The notes beneath the pieces are model-generated. The model searched no databases. It saw only the letters and a list, made by a program, of their open reading frames with translations, and was not told where the DNA came from. The position numbers and the translations under genes were made by a program. Below, one piece after another: positions 8,173 through 17,485 of a stretch of DNA of 64,000 nt; positions within the stretch are counted from its first letter, which is position 1, and each line of letters starts with the position of its first letter. This DNA comes from Oscillospiraceae bacterium (lineage in GTDB: Bacteria; Bacillota; Clostridia; Oscillospirales; QAMX01): positions 777 through 64,776 of the forward strand of contig SVLQ01000008.1 in the NCBI GenBank assembly GCA_015067825.1, written 5' to 3'.

Positions 8173-10254
8173 TTACAATTTCAGCGCGATGCACGCCTTT
8201 CCGCAGAGCTCCTCGCTGCGCGCGTCGGGCTGATGTCCGCCGACATAGAGCGTGATCGACGTGTCGGGTTCGACGCGTTCGCCCTCGTCGTTGACGGCCT
8301 TGAGCCAGTAGCCCGGCACGCAAATATCGACCGTTTTTTCCTCGCCGGCCTCCAGCTCGACCGAGGCGAACCCGCAGAGCTGGAAGATCGGCGTGGCGTA
8401 GCGGCTGTCCTTCATCGCCGCGTAGACCTGCGCGACCTCGCGCCCGGCCACGTCGCCGGTGTTCTTGATCGTCACGGTGACGACCGCGCCGTCGGCGCTG
8501 CGCGTTGCTGCGGCGTTTTCGTAGGCAAACGTCGTGTAGCTGAGGCCGTAGCCGAAGGGGTAGAGCGGCTTGGCGGTCATGTAGCGGTAGGTGCGGCCGG
8601 TCATCGAATAGTCGGTGATGTCCGGCAGCGTGTCGTCGGAGTGGTAGAACGTGACCGGCAGACGGCCCGAGGGGCTTACTCTGCCGAAGAGGATGTCGGC
8701 GACGGCCTCGCCGCCGCGGGCACCGGGGTACCACGCGTGCAGGATCGCGTCGGCACGCTCACCGGCCTCGCCGAGGTCAATCGCACTGCCGGCGGTGACG
8801 ACGAACACGAGCTTCTTGGCGACCTTGCTCACCGCCTCGATCATGCGCTGCTGGCACTTGGGCAGCGAAACGCCGGCCTTGTCGCCGATGTCGCCGGCGC
8901 CCTCTTCGCCTTCGATCGATGCGTCAAGCCCGACGCACAAAATCGTCACGTCGGCGAGCTTTGCGAGGTACACCGCCTCCGCCACGCGGTCGTCGACCTG
9001 GCGGTCGGGGCCGGCATCCTGGAAGAGCTGGCTGCCGTCGGCGACGTACAGGCGCGTATTTGCGCCGAGCGAACGGCGAATGCCGTCGGCGAAGGTGACG
9101 TATTCTCCGGCCGTACCGTTATAGTTTCCTTCGAGTGCGCGGTAGCTCTGCGCGCTGGGGCCGATCACGGCCACCGAGCCGAGCTCGTCGGCCGCGAGGG
9201 GCAGCGCGCGGTCTTTGTTTTTGAGCATGACGATGATCTCGCGCGCCATTTTTGCGTTCAGCGCTTGGTGCTCGGGGCAGTCGACGCGGTCGTAGGTGCA
9301 TTCGGCAAACGGCTGCTCTTCGGCAAATTCGCCGAGAAGGTAACGCGTGGTGAACAGGCGGATCGCCGCGCGGTCGAGGTCGGCCTCGTCGATCAGGCCG
9401 GCGCGCAGCGCCTGCAGCAGGTAACCGTAGGTCTCGCCGCAGTTGACGTCGCAGCCCTTTTTCAAGGCGAGCGCGGCCGATTCCGCACCCGTGGCGGTCA
9501 CGCCGTGGTGCAGGTGGAAGTCGGCGATCGCGCCGCAGTCGGAGACGAAATGGCCTTCAAAGCCCCATTTTTCGCGCAAAATCTGCTCGATCAGCAGCGT
9601 GCTGGCGCAGGCGGGCTCACCCAAAACGCGGTTGTAAGCGCCCATAACGGCTTCCACGCCGGCCTCTTTGACGAGGTGCTCAAACGCCGGCAGATAGGTC
9701 TCGAACAGATCGTGCATCGAAACCTGCGTGTCGAAGCTGTGGCGCAGGGCTTCCGGGCCGCTGTGGGCGGCGTAGTGCTTGGCGCAGGCGGCCGATTTCA
9801 GATATTCGCCGTCGCCCTGCAGCCCCTTGACGAACTGTACGCCCATCGTCGCCGTCAGGTACGGGTCTTCACCGTAGGTCTCCTGGCCTCTGCCCCAGCG
9901 CGGATCGCGGAAGATGTTGACGTTGGGCGACCAGAAGGTCAGCCCCTTATTTCTGCCGCGGTCACCCTCGGCCACAAATGCCGCGTGCTTGGCGCGGCCC
10001 TCCGTCGAGATCGCATCGGCGACCGCAAAGAGCAGGTCGGCGTCGAACGACGCCGCCATGCCGATCGACTGCGGGAACACCGTGGCCAAACCGGCGCGGG
10101 CAATGCCGTGCAGCGCTTCGTTCCACCAGTTGTAGTCGGCAACGCCCAAGCGCTCAACGCCCTGCGCCTCGAACAAAAGCTGTGCCGCTTTTTCCTCAAC
10201 GGTCATCTGCGCGACGAGCTCGGTGGCAAGTTTTCTCGCTTCTTCTCTGGTCAT
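8173..10254 (-). CDS. GH3 family beta-xylosidase/beta-glucosidase
   Basis: 693 aa. KHYAAHSGPE and FVSDCGA motifs, with GH3 N-terminal, C-terminal and Fn3-like domain order. Sits next to xylA. Confidence 0.9.
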   Translation of the reverse strand: MTREEARKLATELVAQMTVEEKAAQLLFEAQGVERLGVADYNWWNEALHGIARAGLATVFPQSIGMAASFDADLLFAVADAISTEGRAKHAAFVAEGDRGRNKGLTFWSPNVNIFRDPRWGRGQETYGEDPYLTATMGVQFVKGLQGDGEYLKSAACAKHYAAHSGPEALRHSFDTQVSMHDLFETYLPAFEHLVKEAGVEAVMGAYNRVLGEPACASTLLIEQILREKWGFEGHFVSDCGAIADFHLHHGVTATGAESAALALKKGCDVNCGETYGYLLQALRAGLIDEADLDRAAIRLFTTRYLLGEFAEEQPFAECTYDRVDCPEHQALNAKMAREIIVMLKNKDRALPLAADELGSVAVIGPSAQSYRALEGNYNGTAGEYVTFADGIRRSLGANTRLYVADGSQLFQDAGPDRQVDDRVAEAVYLAKLADVTILCVGLDASIEGEEGAGDIGDKAGVSLPKCQQRMIEAVSKVAKKLVFVVTAGSAIDLGEAGERADAILHAWYPGARGGEAVADILFGRVSPSGRLPVTFYHSDDTLPDITDYSMTGRTYRYMTAKPLYPFGYGLSYTTFAYENAAATRSADGAVVTVTIKNTGDVAGREVAQVYAAMKDSRYATPIFQLCGFASVELEAGEEKTVDICVPGYWLKAVNDEGERVEPDTSITLYVGGHQPDARSEELCGKACIALKL

Positions 10255-10264
10255 GGCCGGTTCC

Positions 10265-11587
10265 TCAGTTTTTCAGCATGAGCTGGTTGATGATCGAATG
10301 CAGGTATTCCTGCTTGCCCGAACCCGGCATCGCGGGCTTGCCCATTTCTTCGGCGCGGGCGGCGAGCTCGGTAAGGGTCGCCTTACCGGAGCGGATCTTA
10401 CGGCCAAGCTCGGTCTCGTAGCCGGCGTAGCGCTCGGCGACAAACCCGTCGATCCGGCCGTCCTCGATGATGCGCGCGGCGTTCAGAAGGCCCAGCGCGA
10501 ACGAATCCATGCCGAGAATGAAGGCGTAGAACATATCGTCGTAGGTGTAGCTGGGACGGCGGGTCTTGGCGTCAAAGTTGAAGCCGCCGTTTTTGAGGCC
10601 GCCGGCCTTGAGGATCTCGTACATACAAGCCGTCGTTTCGTAGACGTTGGAGGGGAATTCGTCGGTGTCCCAGCCGAGGAGCAGGTCGCCCTGGTTGGCG
10701 TCGATGCTGCCGAGCATGCCGTTGATCGCCGAAACGCGCAGTTCGTGCTGGAAGGTGTGGCCGGCGAGAGTGGCGTGGTTGGCTTCGACGTTGATCTTGA
10801 AATCCTTGTCGAGGCCGTACTGCTTCAAAAATCCGATCGCGGTGGCGGCGTCGAAGTCGTACTGGTGCTTCATCGGTTCCTTCGGTTTGGGCTCGATGTA
10901 GAAGTCGCCGTCAAAGCCGATCGAACGGCCGTAGTCGACCGCCATGTGCATCAGGGCGGCGATGTTTTCCTGCTCGAGCTTCATGTCGGTGTTCCAAAGC
11001 GTTTCGTAGCCTTCGCGGCCGCCCCAGAAAACGTAGCCCTTGCCGCCGAGCTTGACGGTCATGTCGAGCGCTTTTTTGACCTGCGCGGCCGCAAAGCAGA
11101 AGACGTCGACGGAGTTCGAGCTGCCCGCGCCGTTGGCAAAACGCGGATTGCCGAACATGTTGGCCGTGCCCCAAAGGCACTTTTTGCCGGTTTTCTGCAT
11201 TTTTTCGAGGATGTAGTCGGTGATCTCGTCGAGGCGGCGGTTGGTCTCGGCGATCGTTTCGGCTTCGGGGACGAGGTCGACGTCGTGGAAGCAGAAGTAG
11301 TCAACGCCCAGCTTTTCCATGAATTCAAAACCTGCGTCGACCTTGGCGTAGGCGTGCTCCATCGTTCCGGGGACTGCGCCGAAGCTCTTGTCGGCCGTGC
11401 CCACGCCGAACATATCCGTACCCGTGGCGCACATATTGTGCCACCAAGCCATCGCAAAGTGCAGGTGTTCCTTCATCGGCTTGCCGAGGACGATGCGGTC
11501 GGCGTCGTAGAATTTAAAGGCGAAGGGATTTTGGGATTCGGGACCTTCGTATTTGACGTAGGGCAGATTGGCAAAAATCTCGCTCAT
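10265..11587 (-). CDS. xylA: xylose isomerase
   Basis: 440 aa with FCFHDVD and WGGREGY motifs of class II xylose isomerase. Confidence 0.95.
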   Translation of the reverse strand: MSEIFANLPYVKYEGPESQNPFAFKFYDADRIVLGKPMKEHLHFAMAWWHNMCATGTDMFGVGTADKSFGAVPGTMEHAYAKVDAGFEFMEKLGVDYFCFHDVDLVPEAETIAETNRRLDEITDYILEKMQKTGKKCLWGTANMFGNPRFANGAGSSNSVDVFCFAAAQVKKALDMTVKLGGKGYVFWGGREGYETLWNTDMKLEQENIAALMHMAVDYGRSIGFDGDFYIEPKPKEPMKHQYDFDAATAIGFLKQYGLDKDFKINVEANHATLAGHTFQHELRVSAINGMLGSIDANQGDLLLGWDTDEFPSNVYETTACMYEILKAGGLKNGGFNFDAKTRRPSYTYDDMFYAFILGMDSFALGLLNAARIIEDGRIDGFVAERYAGYETELGRKIRSGKATLTELAARAEEMGKPAMPGSGKQEYLHSIINQLMLKN

Positions 11588-11684
11588 ATTCGTTTCGTCT
11601 CCTTTTTTGATTGAAATGTTATTTGGTGAAGTTGATCCGTTTTTTCCGGCGGTGATCAGCGCACGAAAAGCCCGCCGCAGCGGT

Positions 11685-11713
11685 TCGATTTGGAAACGCA
11701 GTTTCCAAATCGA
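11685..11713. repeat. Palindrome tcgaTTTGGAAAC-gca-GTTTCCAAAtcga (13-bp arms), member of a dispersed family
   Basis: Perfect inverted repeat in the xylA/AraC divergent intergenic region. It is preceded by the module gcacgaaaagcccgccgcagcggt, which is also found at 17275-17300 and 17371-17396. Confidence 0.7.
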
Positions 11714-11803
11714 TTATACTTCCATTATATCCCCCAAAGGCTTGACAACACAAGAAAAAACTTTTATAATTAAAGACAAAAGTTAAGGTCAGGAGCTTGG
11801 GCG

Positions 11804-12577
11804 ATGTTTTCCTACGAGCGCAACCGGTCGGAAGACACGGAATATCTCTATCACCAATTTGATACGAATCTGAACTTCCACCTGCATCTTCACCGCAGTT
11901 TTGAGTTTATTTACGTGGAAGAAGGTCTTTTGGAGCTGGAAGTCGGCGGCCGCACGTTTTCGCTGGGGGCAAACCGCGCCGCGCTGATCCTGCCGTGGCA
12001 GCTCCACGCCTACGCCACGCCGGAATTTTCCCGCAGCTATCTCTGTGTGTTTTCGTGCGATTTCGTCTACGATTTCTATACGCAGATCCGCGGAAAAGAG
12101 GCGGAAGATCCGATTTTTCTGCTCGAGGATGCGGCCGCGATCGCCATGCTCAATGCCCCGGGGCTCAACCGCTTCCGTGTCAAATCGGTGCTCTATTCGC
12201 TAGTTGGACAATTTTTAGCGCAATGCCCGCTTGTTGCGGCCTCGCACGAGGGTGCCGAGCTTTTGGAACGCACGATCGGCTACGTGCAGGAGCATTTTTG
12301 CGAGCCGCTGTCGCTCGGTGGGCTCGCCGCCGCGCTCGGTTACCACTATAACTACCTTTCAGCCTACTTAAACGAGCGGCTGGGAATGCATTTTTCCGCG
12401 CTCGTCAACCAGTACCGCGTCGACCACGCGTGCGAGCTTCTGGAGCAGAGCGAGCTCTCCATGACCGAGATCGCCGAACGCTGCGGCTTCGAGACGATCC
12501 GCAGCTTTAACCGCAATTTTGCGCGCTTCCGCGGCGTTTCCCCGATGACCTACCGCAAATCACGCAGCGAAAGCTGA
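11804..12577 (+). CDS. AraC family transcriptional regulator
   Basis: 257 aa with a cupin-like N-terminus and a C-terminal double-HTH region (…IRSFNRNFARFRGVSPMTYRK). Divergent from xylA. Confidence 0.85.
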   Translation: MFSYERNRSEDTEYLYHQFDTNLNFHLHLHRSFEFIYVEEGLLELEVGGRTFSLGANRAALILPWQLHAYATPEFSRSYLCVFSCDFVYDFYTQIRGKEAEDPIFLLEDAAAIAMLNAPGLNRFRVKSVLYSLVGQFLAQCPLVAASHEGAELLERTIGYVQEHFCEPLSLGGLAAALGYHYNYLSAYLNERLGMHFSALVNQYRVDHACELLEQSELSMTEIAERCGFETIRSFNRNFARFRGVSPMTYRKSRSES

Positions 12578-12589
12578 GAGCAAGTCTGA

Positions 12590-12905
12590 CGGGTCTCCCG
12601 TCGGCGTGAGGTGAGATTTTCTCCCCACATGTGGTTGTAGGGGAGGGCCTCTGTGCCCTCCCGCACGAGCCCATCGCCGCGAGGTAAGGCAATTCCACCC
12701 GCGACAAACGGCGGGAGCAAGCCCCCGCCCTACGCAATCCGGTTACCCCGGCACCGTGCGGCATGTGTTTCCCCGCACGAACGACCGGCACGCGGTTTGG
12801 GTTTTGGCGCACATATCAATCATCCGTCGTAGGGGCGATGCACGAATCGCCCGGACACAGCCCCAACCACGGCACCGTAGGGGATGGGCCTTCCGTCCTG
12901 CGTAT
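12590..12905. repeat. Mosaic GC-rich hairpin-module repeat (GTAGGGG-plus-hairpin family), copy A
   Basis: GTAGGGG at 12637, 12829 and 12877, each followed by a hairpin. 30-60-bp modules recur, reverse-complemented and reordered, at 19565-19800. Confidence 0.7.
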
Positions 12906-12959
12906 CCCGATCTCCAAACAACGATTTTTATATAAAACCGACAGAAAGGGAGCTAAATT

Positions 12960-13985
12960 ATGCAAGTCAAAACAAAAAAACGCCTCAAAATCGTCGCCAT
13001 CGTCCTCGCGGCGATCGCCCTCGTCTACGCCGTGATCGCGCTGTGGCCGCGCCCGCAGAACTTTGCCCTCGACGAAAACCCGATGATGAAGGACGGCGAC
13101 CTGCCGATCCTGATCGCTCACGGCGGCGGCAACCGCGAATTCCCCGACAATACGCTCGAGGCCTTCTACAACGCCTACAGCGTCGACCCGCGCGCGATGA
13201 TGGAGACCGACGTCAGCATCACCGCCGACGGCGTGGTCATCCTCTCCCACGACACCACCCTCGACCGCAAAACCAACGTCACCGGCGCGATCGCCGATTG
13301 GAACTACTCCGACCTGATCGCCCAAAAAGTCGATTTCGGCTACACGAACCCGACCGAAGACGGTGTTTTGAACGGTGAACGCAAGCATTTTGCCACCGAT
13401 GACGGCGTGGAGAAATACCCGACCGACGTCACCTATCCCGATGGAATTACCCCGCGCGATGAAACGGTATTTTTGGCGACGACGCTGGAAGAGCTGATCG
13501 TCGCGTTCCCGGAAAACCGCATCAACGTCGAGATCAAGCAGGAAGGCGAGCTCGGCAAGCGCGCTCTGACGGAAATACTGCGCCTGCTCACGGAGTACGA
13601 CGCCTTCGACCGCGTGGTACTTGCGAGCTTCCACGGCGAGATCTACGATGAGTTCCGCCGCCTGCAGGATGCCGGCGAAGTCCCCGAAGCGTTCATGTAC
13701 TCGCCCGGCACGGCCGGCGCGACGCGCTATTTCGTGCTGCAGCTTTTAAACCTCGACGTCTTCTTCGGCGACGGCATGTGCGTGTTCCAGCTGCCGATGG
13801 AGCAGATGGGCTTCAACCTTGCCACCAAGGGCCTCGTCAACAACGCCCACCGCCACAACCTCGCCGTCCACTACTGGACGATCAACGACGTCGAAGACAT
13901 GAAATATCTGATCGAGATCGGCGCCGACGGCATCATGACCGACTATCCGCACCGCCTGCAGGAAGTCTACGACGCGGAACAGTAG
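12960..13985 (+). CDS. glycerophosphodiester phosphodiesterase family protein, membrane-anchored
   Basis: 341 aa with an N-terminal TM helix. HGGGNREFPDNTLEAF matches the GDPD catalytic region. Confidence 0.8.
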   Translation: MQVKTKKRLKIVAIVLAAIALVYAVIALWPRPQNFALDENPMMKDGDLPILIAHGGGNREFPDNTLEAFYNAYSVDPRAMMETDVSITADGVVILSHDTTLDRKTNVTGAIADWNYSDLIAQKVDFGYTNPTEDGVLNGERKHFATDDGVEKYPTDVTYPDGITPRDETVFLATTLEELIVAFPENRINVEIKQEGELGKRALTEILRLLTEYDAFDRVVLASFHGEIYDEFRRLQDAGEVPEAFMYSPGTAGATRYFVLQLLNLDVFFGDGMCVFQLPMEQMGFNLATKGLVNNAHRHNLAVHYWTINDVEDMKYLIEIGADGIMTDYPHRLQEVYDAEQ

Positions 13986-14017
13986 AGCGGAAACATTCAA
14001 GAAAACAACATAAAAAT

Positions 14018-14056
14018 GCCGCAGATCCATTTTTTTGGATCTGCGGCTGTTTTTTG
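14018..14056. terminator. Bidirectional intrinsic terminator
   Basis: gccgcagatcc-ttttttt-ggatctgcggc hairpin with flanking A/T runs, between convergent genes. Confidence 0.75.
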
Positions 14057-14058
14057 AT

Positions 14059-14934
14059 TTATTCCACGCAGACGGTATAGGCGTGGGTCTGTTCTTCGCC
14101 GGGGGCGAGGGTAACGGTGTAGGGGCGGTCGTCGAAGCTGCAGGAGGCAAAGGTCTTCGACTGCATTCCGTGCCACGGCTCCAGGCAAACAAACGGAGCG
14201 GCCTTCTTCGGCGGCGTCCAGATCGCCATGACCGGGAATCCGGCGAAATCCATGCGCACGGCGCGGCCGTCGGGAGAGACGAGGCGCAGCGACTGCGAAT
14301 TCAGGTTGCCGCAGATCAGCGCGTCACCGTCGAAGAGCTCGTTGGTGAGGTCGACGCGGTTGGTGTGCTGCAGAATGTCGGTGCGCACGAAATCGTCGCG
14401 GATGAGGATGTGCTCGTCGCCGTACCAGACGGTTGCGGTCTCTTCTTTTTCAAATTCCAGACGGCAGCCCTCCACGCTCTGTGCGCCGATGGCCGGCAGG
14501 TGAATGCCGGTGTGGGCACCGACGTTGTAGGGCATCGGCTTGGTGTCGGTGTTTTTGACGGTAAAGCTCGTCGTGAATCCGCCGTCGAAGACGGTGTGCG
14601 CGATCGTGAGCGCAAAGGTGAAGGGATAGGAGGCGAGCGTCGTTTCGTTTTCGGTCAGACGCATCACGATGCGGTCGGCGCTGTGCTCCACGACGGTGTA
14701 GGGGTGGCGGCGGGCAAAGCCGTGGCTCTGCATCGGGTAGGCAACGCCGTCGAAGTCGATGTGGCCCATCTTGACGCGGCCGATGACGGGGAAGAGGTGG
14801 GGGTTCTGGCCGCCCCAGTAGGTTTCGTCGCCGATCCAAATGTATTCCGCGCTGCCGTCGGTCAGCGAGACGAGCTCGGCGCCCATGTCGTTGACGGTGG
14901 CGGAAAAGCGGCCGCTTGCGATCGTGTATTTCAT
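14059..14934 (-). CDS. aldose 1-epimerase family protein
   Basis: ORF 14059-15159 trimmed to MKYTIASGRF (ATG at 14934), 291 aa. Sequence pattern of the galactose-mutarotase-like family. Confidence 0.75.
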   Translation of the reverse strand: MKYTIASGRFSATVNDMGAELVSLTDGSAEYIWIGDETYWGGQNPHLFPVIGRVKMGHIDFDGVAYPMQSHGFARRHPYTVVEHSADRIVMRLTENETTLASYPFTFALTIAHTVFDGGFTTSFTVKNTDTKPMPYNVGAHTGIHLPAIGAQSVEGCRLEFEKEETATVWYGDEHILIRDDFVRTDILQHTNRVDLTNELFDGDALICGNLNSQSLRLVSPDGRAVRMDFAGFPVMAIWTPPKKAAPFVCLEPWHGMQSKTFASCSFDDRPYTVTLAPGEEQTHAYTVCVE

Positions 14935-15054
14935 AGAAAAACTCCTTAACTGATATATCGGTAAATATAGGCTCCGTCCAAACGCCTCCGAGGCGGGCGG
15001 AGATACACGCGAGAGATACCGATCGAAAACATTGCTTGCGATCGGTTCGTCCGG

Positions 15055-15076
15055 TTTGGAAAACGCAGTTTCCAAA
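15055..15076. repeat. Palindrome TTTGGAAAAC-gca-GTTTCCAAA (one-base bulge), family member
   Basis: Same palindrome family as 11685-11713. Lies in the epimerase/DHDPS-family divergent intergenic region and shares the 3' flank GTTTCCAAATCGA. Confidence 0.65.
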
Positions 15077-15205
15077 TCGATGATTAGTATAACAGAAAAC
15101 CGTCCATCCGTCAAGCAAATACTTGCGATTCGGCCCCAAATCGGGTATAATATAGCCAAACAGCCCGGTGCGCGGGCGATCTGACGAAAAAACGGAGGGC
15201 TCGTT

Positions 15206-16123
15206 ATGACAACACGTTACCCCGAATTCCGCGGCATGATGCCGATCATGCCCACCACAGTCACCCCGGACGGCGACGTCGATCTCGGTGCCCAGCAGCG
15301 CATCGTCGACTATCTGCTCGACTGCGGCGCGGTGGCCATCGGCCATATGGGCGGCGCTTCGGAATATTATAAGGTCGCCGAAGAAGACCGCGGCCCCATC
15401 ATCCAAACCGTCGTCGAGCGCGTTGGCAAGCGCGTTCCCGTGTTCGTGGGCGTAACGGCGATGTCGGTGAAGCAGACGCTCAAGAATGCGCGCGAGGCCT
15501 ACGAGCTCGGCGCCGATCTGCTGATGGTCTGTTCGCCGATCAACGGCACGATGAAAAAAACCGACCTGTTGAAATTCTACGAGGCGATCGCCGCCGAGAC
15601 GCCGCTGCCGATCATCGTGCAGGATACGGGCGCATCCTCGGGCGCGTACTCCGCCGAATTCATGGCCGAACTCGCCGAAAAGATCCCCACGGTCGGCTAC
15701 GCCAAGGCCGAAGGCGGCGGATTCCTGCGAAAAACGGTCGACCTGCAGCGCCTGACCGGCGGCGAGATCCAGATCATCGGCGGTGCGGGCGGCTCGCATA
15801 TGCTCGCGCTCCTGCGCCAAAACGTCAAGGCGTTCATGACCGGTACGGAAGCGCTCGACCTCCACGGCGCGGTCGTCAGCGCCTACCTCGCGGGCGACGT
15901 CGACAAAGCGACGGATCTCTACTACACCAAGGTTCTGCCGTACCTCGCGATCTACAACACCAACAGCCGCCATCTGCTCAAGTACATGCTCGTCAAGCGC
16001 GGCGTGCTCCAAAACGACGATACGCTCTTCCCCTACGATACGGCTCCGACCGATCCGCTGATGCTCGCCGAGCTCGACCTCGTGCTCGACCGCATTCAAA
16101 ACGACAAGATCGCTCTTCGATGA
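15206..16123 (+). CDS. dihydrodipicolinate synthase / N-acetylneuraminate lyase family aldolase
   Basis: 305 aa. The N-terminal GMMPIMPTTVTPDGDVD pattern and overall similarity fit the DHDPS/NAL class I aldolase family. The sugar-locus context argues against true dapA. Confidence 0.75.
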   Translation: MTTRYPEFRGMMPIMPTTVTPDGDVDLGAQQRIVDYLLDCGAVAIGHMGGASEYYKVAEEDRGPIIQTVVERVGKRVPVFVGVTAMSVKQTLKNAREAYELGADLLMVCSPINGTMKKTDLLKFYEAIAAETPLPIIVQDTGASSGAYSAEFMAELAEKIPTVGYAKAEGGGFLRKTVDLQRLTGGEIQIIGGAGGSHMLALLRQNVKAFMTGTEALDLHGAVVSAYLAGDVDKATDLYYTKVLPYLAIYNTNSRHLLKYMLVKRGVLQNDDTLFPYDTAPTDPLMLAELDLVLDRIQNDKIALR

Positions 16124-16255
16124 AAGAGCGCCACCGGCTCTGCCCGAAATTTCCACCGCGGAAAATGCAAAAACGCCTTGAAGCCAAGTGGCCGGATATG
16201 ATATAATATCATCAGCAAACAGCACATACCTACCGAACATTAGGAGGAATTTACG

Positions 16256-17077
16256 ATGATGAAAGTTGGCGTTTTGGTCGGACTGGATAACATCCGCGCC
16301 AATCTTGAAAAGTTAAAGGGTTACGGCATCGAATGCGCCCAGATCTGCTCGTGGGCGATCGATACCTTTACCGATGAACTGGCGGCCGAAGTCCGCTCGG
16401 CGATCGCCGATACCGGCATCGAGATCCGCACGTTCTGGTGCGGTTGGCCGGGCCCGGCTTCCTGGACCTTCTACGACGGTCCGCTGACGCTCGGCCTCGT
16501 GCCGGCGGCCTACCGCTTCGAGCGCACGAAGGCGCTTCTGAAGGGCATCGATTTTGCCGACAAGTGCGGCATCAAGCAGGTCGCTACCCACGCGGGCTTC
16601 ATCCCCGAAAACATGAACGACCCCGTCTACCGCGACACGCTGATCGCGCTGAAAACGCTCGTGCGCGAATGCCAGCGCCGCGATATGTACTTCCTCTTTG
16701 AAACCGGTCAGGAGACCCCGACCACGCTGCTCAGAACGATCGAAGATCTCGGCGGCGAAAACGTCGGCATCAACTTCGACACCGGCAATATCATCCTCTA
16801 CGGCAAGGGCAACCCGGCCGACGCGATCGACGTCTTCGGCAAGTACGTCCGCGATTTCCACTGCAAAGACGGCCTCTACCCGACCGACGGCCTGCATCTT
16901 GGCCGCGAAGTCGCGCTCGGCGAAGGCAAAGCCGACTGGAAACAGATCGTTTCCAAAATGAAGGCCCTCGGCTACGACGGCCCGCTGACGATCGAACGTG
17001 AGATCGGCGGCGAACAGCAGACGAAAGATATCCTCAAGGCCAAAGCGATCCTCGAACAGCTGATCGCCGAAGCGTAA
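16256..17077 (+). CDS. sugar phosphate isomerase/epimerase (xylose isomerase-like TIM barrel)
   Basis: 273 aa. FLFETGQE and INFDTGN motifs are typical of AP-endonuclease-2/xylose-isomerase-like TIM barrel proteins. Confidence 0.8.
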   Translation: MMKVGVLVGLDNIRANLEKLKGYGIECAQICSWAIDTFTDELAAEVRSAIADTGIEIRTFWCGWPGPASWTFYDGPLTLGLVPAAYRFERTKALLKGIDFADKCGIKQVATHAGFIPENMNDPVYRDTLIALKTLVRECQRRDMYFLFETGQETPTTLLRTIEDLGGENVGINFDTGNIILYGKGNPADAIDVFGKYVRDFHCKDGLYPTDGLHLGREVALGEGKADWKQIVSKMKALGYDGPLTIEREIGGEQQTKDILKAKAILEQLIAEA

Positions 17078-17097
17078 GTTTTTGCAAAACGACCGAG

Positions 17098-17133
17098 ATC
17101 CCCGCCGTTTTTCTGAGCGGCGGGGATTTCTTG
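17098..17133 (+). terminator. Intrinsic terminator (weak T-run)
   Basis: atccccgccg-tttttctgag-cggcggggat hairpin followed by tttcttg. Confidence 0.5.
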
Positions 17134-17217
17134 AAAACAGCGCAATTCTTCTATCTCAATTCAATCCGTTTTTTCGGCAGCTTTGCCGCCGAAAAAACAC
17201 CAACAAGACGAGCGCAA

Positions 17218-17432
17218 GCTCGTCCGCGCGCGGAGAGGAGCCGACGAAATCGCAGATTTTGTCGGCGGGGATAGGCGCGCGAAAACCCCGCCGCAGCGGT
17301 CCCAATTTGGAAACGCAGTTTCCAAATTGCCTAAACGCTCGTCCGCGCGCGGATGAGGACGCGGGGATAGGCGCGCGAAAACCCCGCCGCAGCGGTCCCA
17401 ATTTGGAAACGCAGTTTCCAAATTGCCTAAGC
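17218..17432. repeat. Tandem direct repeat (119-bp unit then 96-bp unit), each ending in the TTTGGAAAC-gca-GTTTCCAAA palindrome
   Basis: 68-bp cores at 17267-17334 and 17363-17430 look identical by eye. Unit starts gctcgtccgcgcgcgga at 17218 and 17337. The first unit carries an extra hairpin, gccgacgaaatc-gca-gattttgtcggc. Confidence 0.85.
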
Positions 17433-17485
17433 GCGCGAAAAAACCGATCGAAAACTATGTTTTCGATCGTTGTGGAGGTTCTGAC

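Noticed and set aside
8233-11614. Long plus-strand ORFs (682 aa and 463 aa) opposite the GH3 gene and xylA. Similar shadow ORFs lie at 14450-16240, 49569-51107, 60170-61894, 61696-63120 and 52711-53808.
   Set aside because: The opposite strand encodes proteins with clear family motifs. The shadow ORFs are Arg/Gly/Val-rich with no motifs, which is typical of high-GC genomes.
11685-11713. CcpA cre or LacI-family operator interpretation of the TTTGGAAAC-GCA-GTTTCCAAA palindrome
   Set aside because: LacI-family sites have an even-spaced CG centre (TGNAANCGNTTNCA). This palindrome has an odd 3-nt centre and much longer arms, and it occurs in tandem with conserved flanking modules. So I leave it as unassigned operator or REP-like element.
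15206-16123. Calling the DHDPS-family gene dapA (lysine biosynthesis)
   Set aside because: The context is a sugar-catabolic locus (epimerase, sugar-phosphate isomerase) with no dapB or asd. The family contains many sugar-acid aldolases and dehydratases, so only the family-level call is given.
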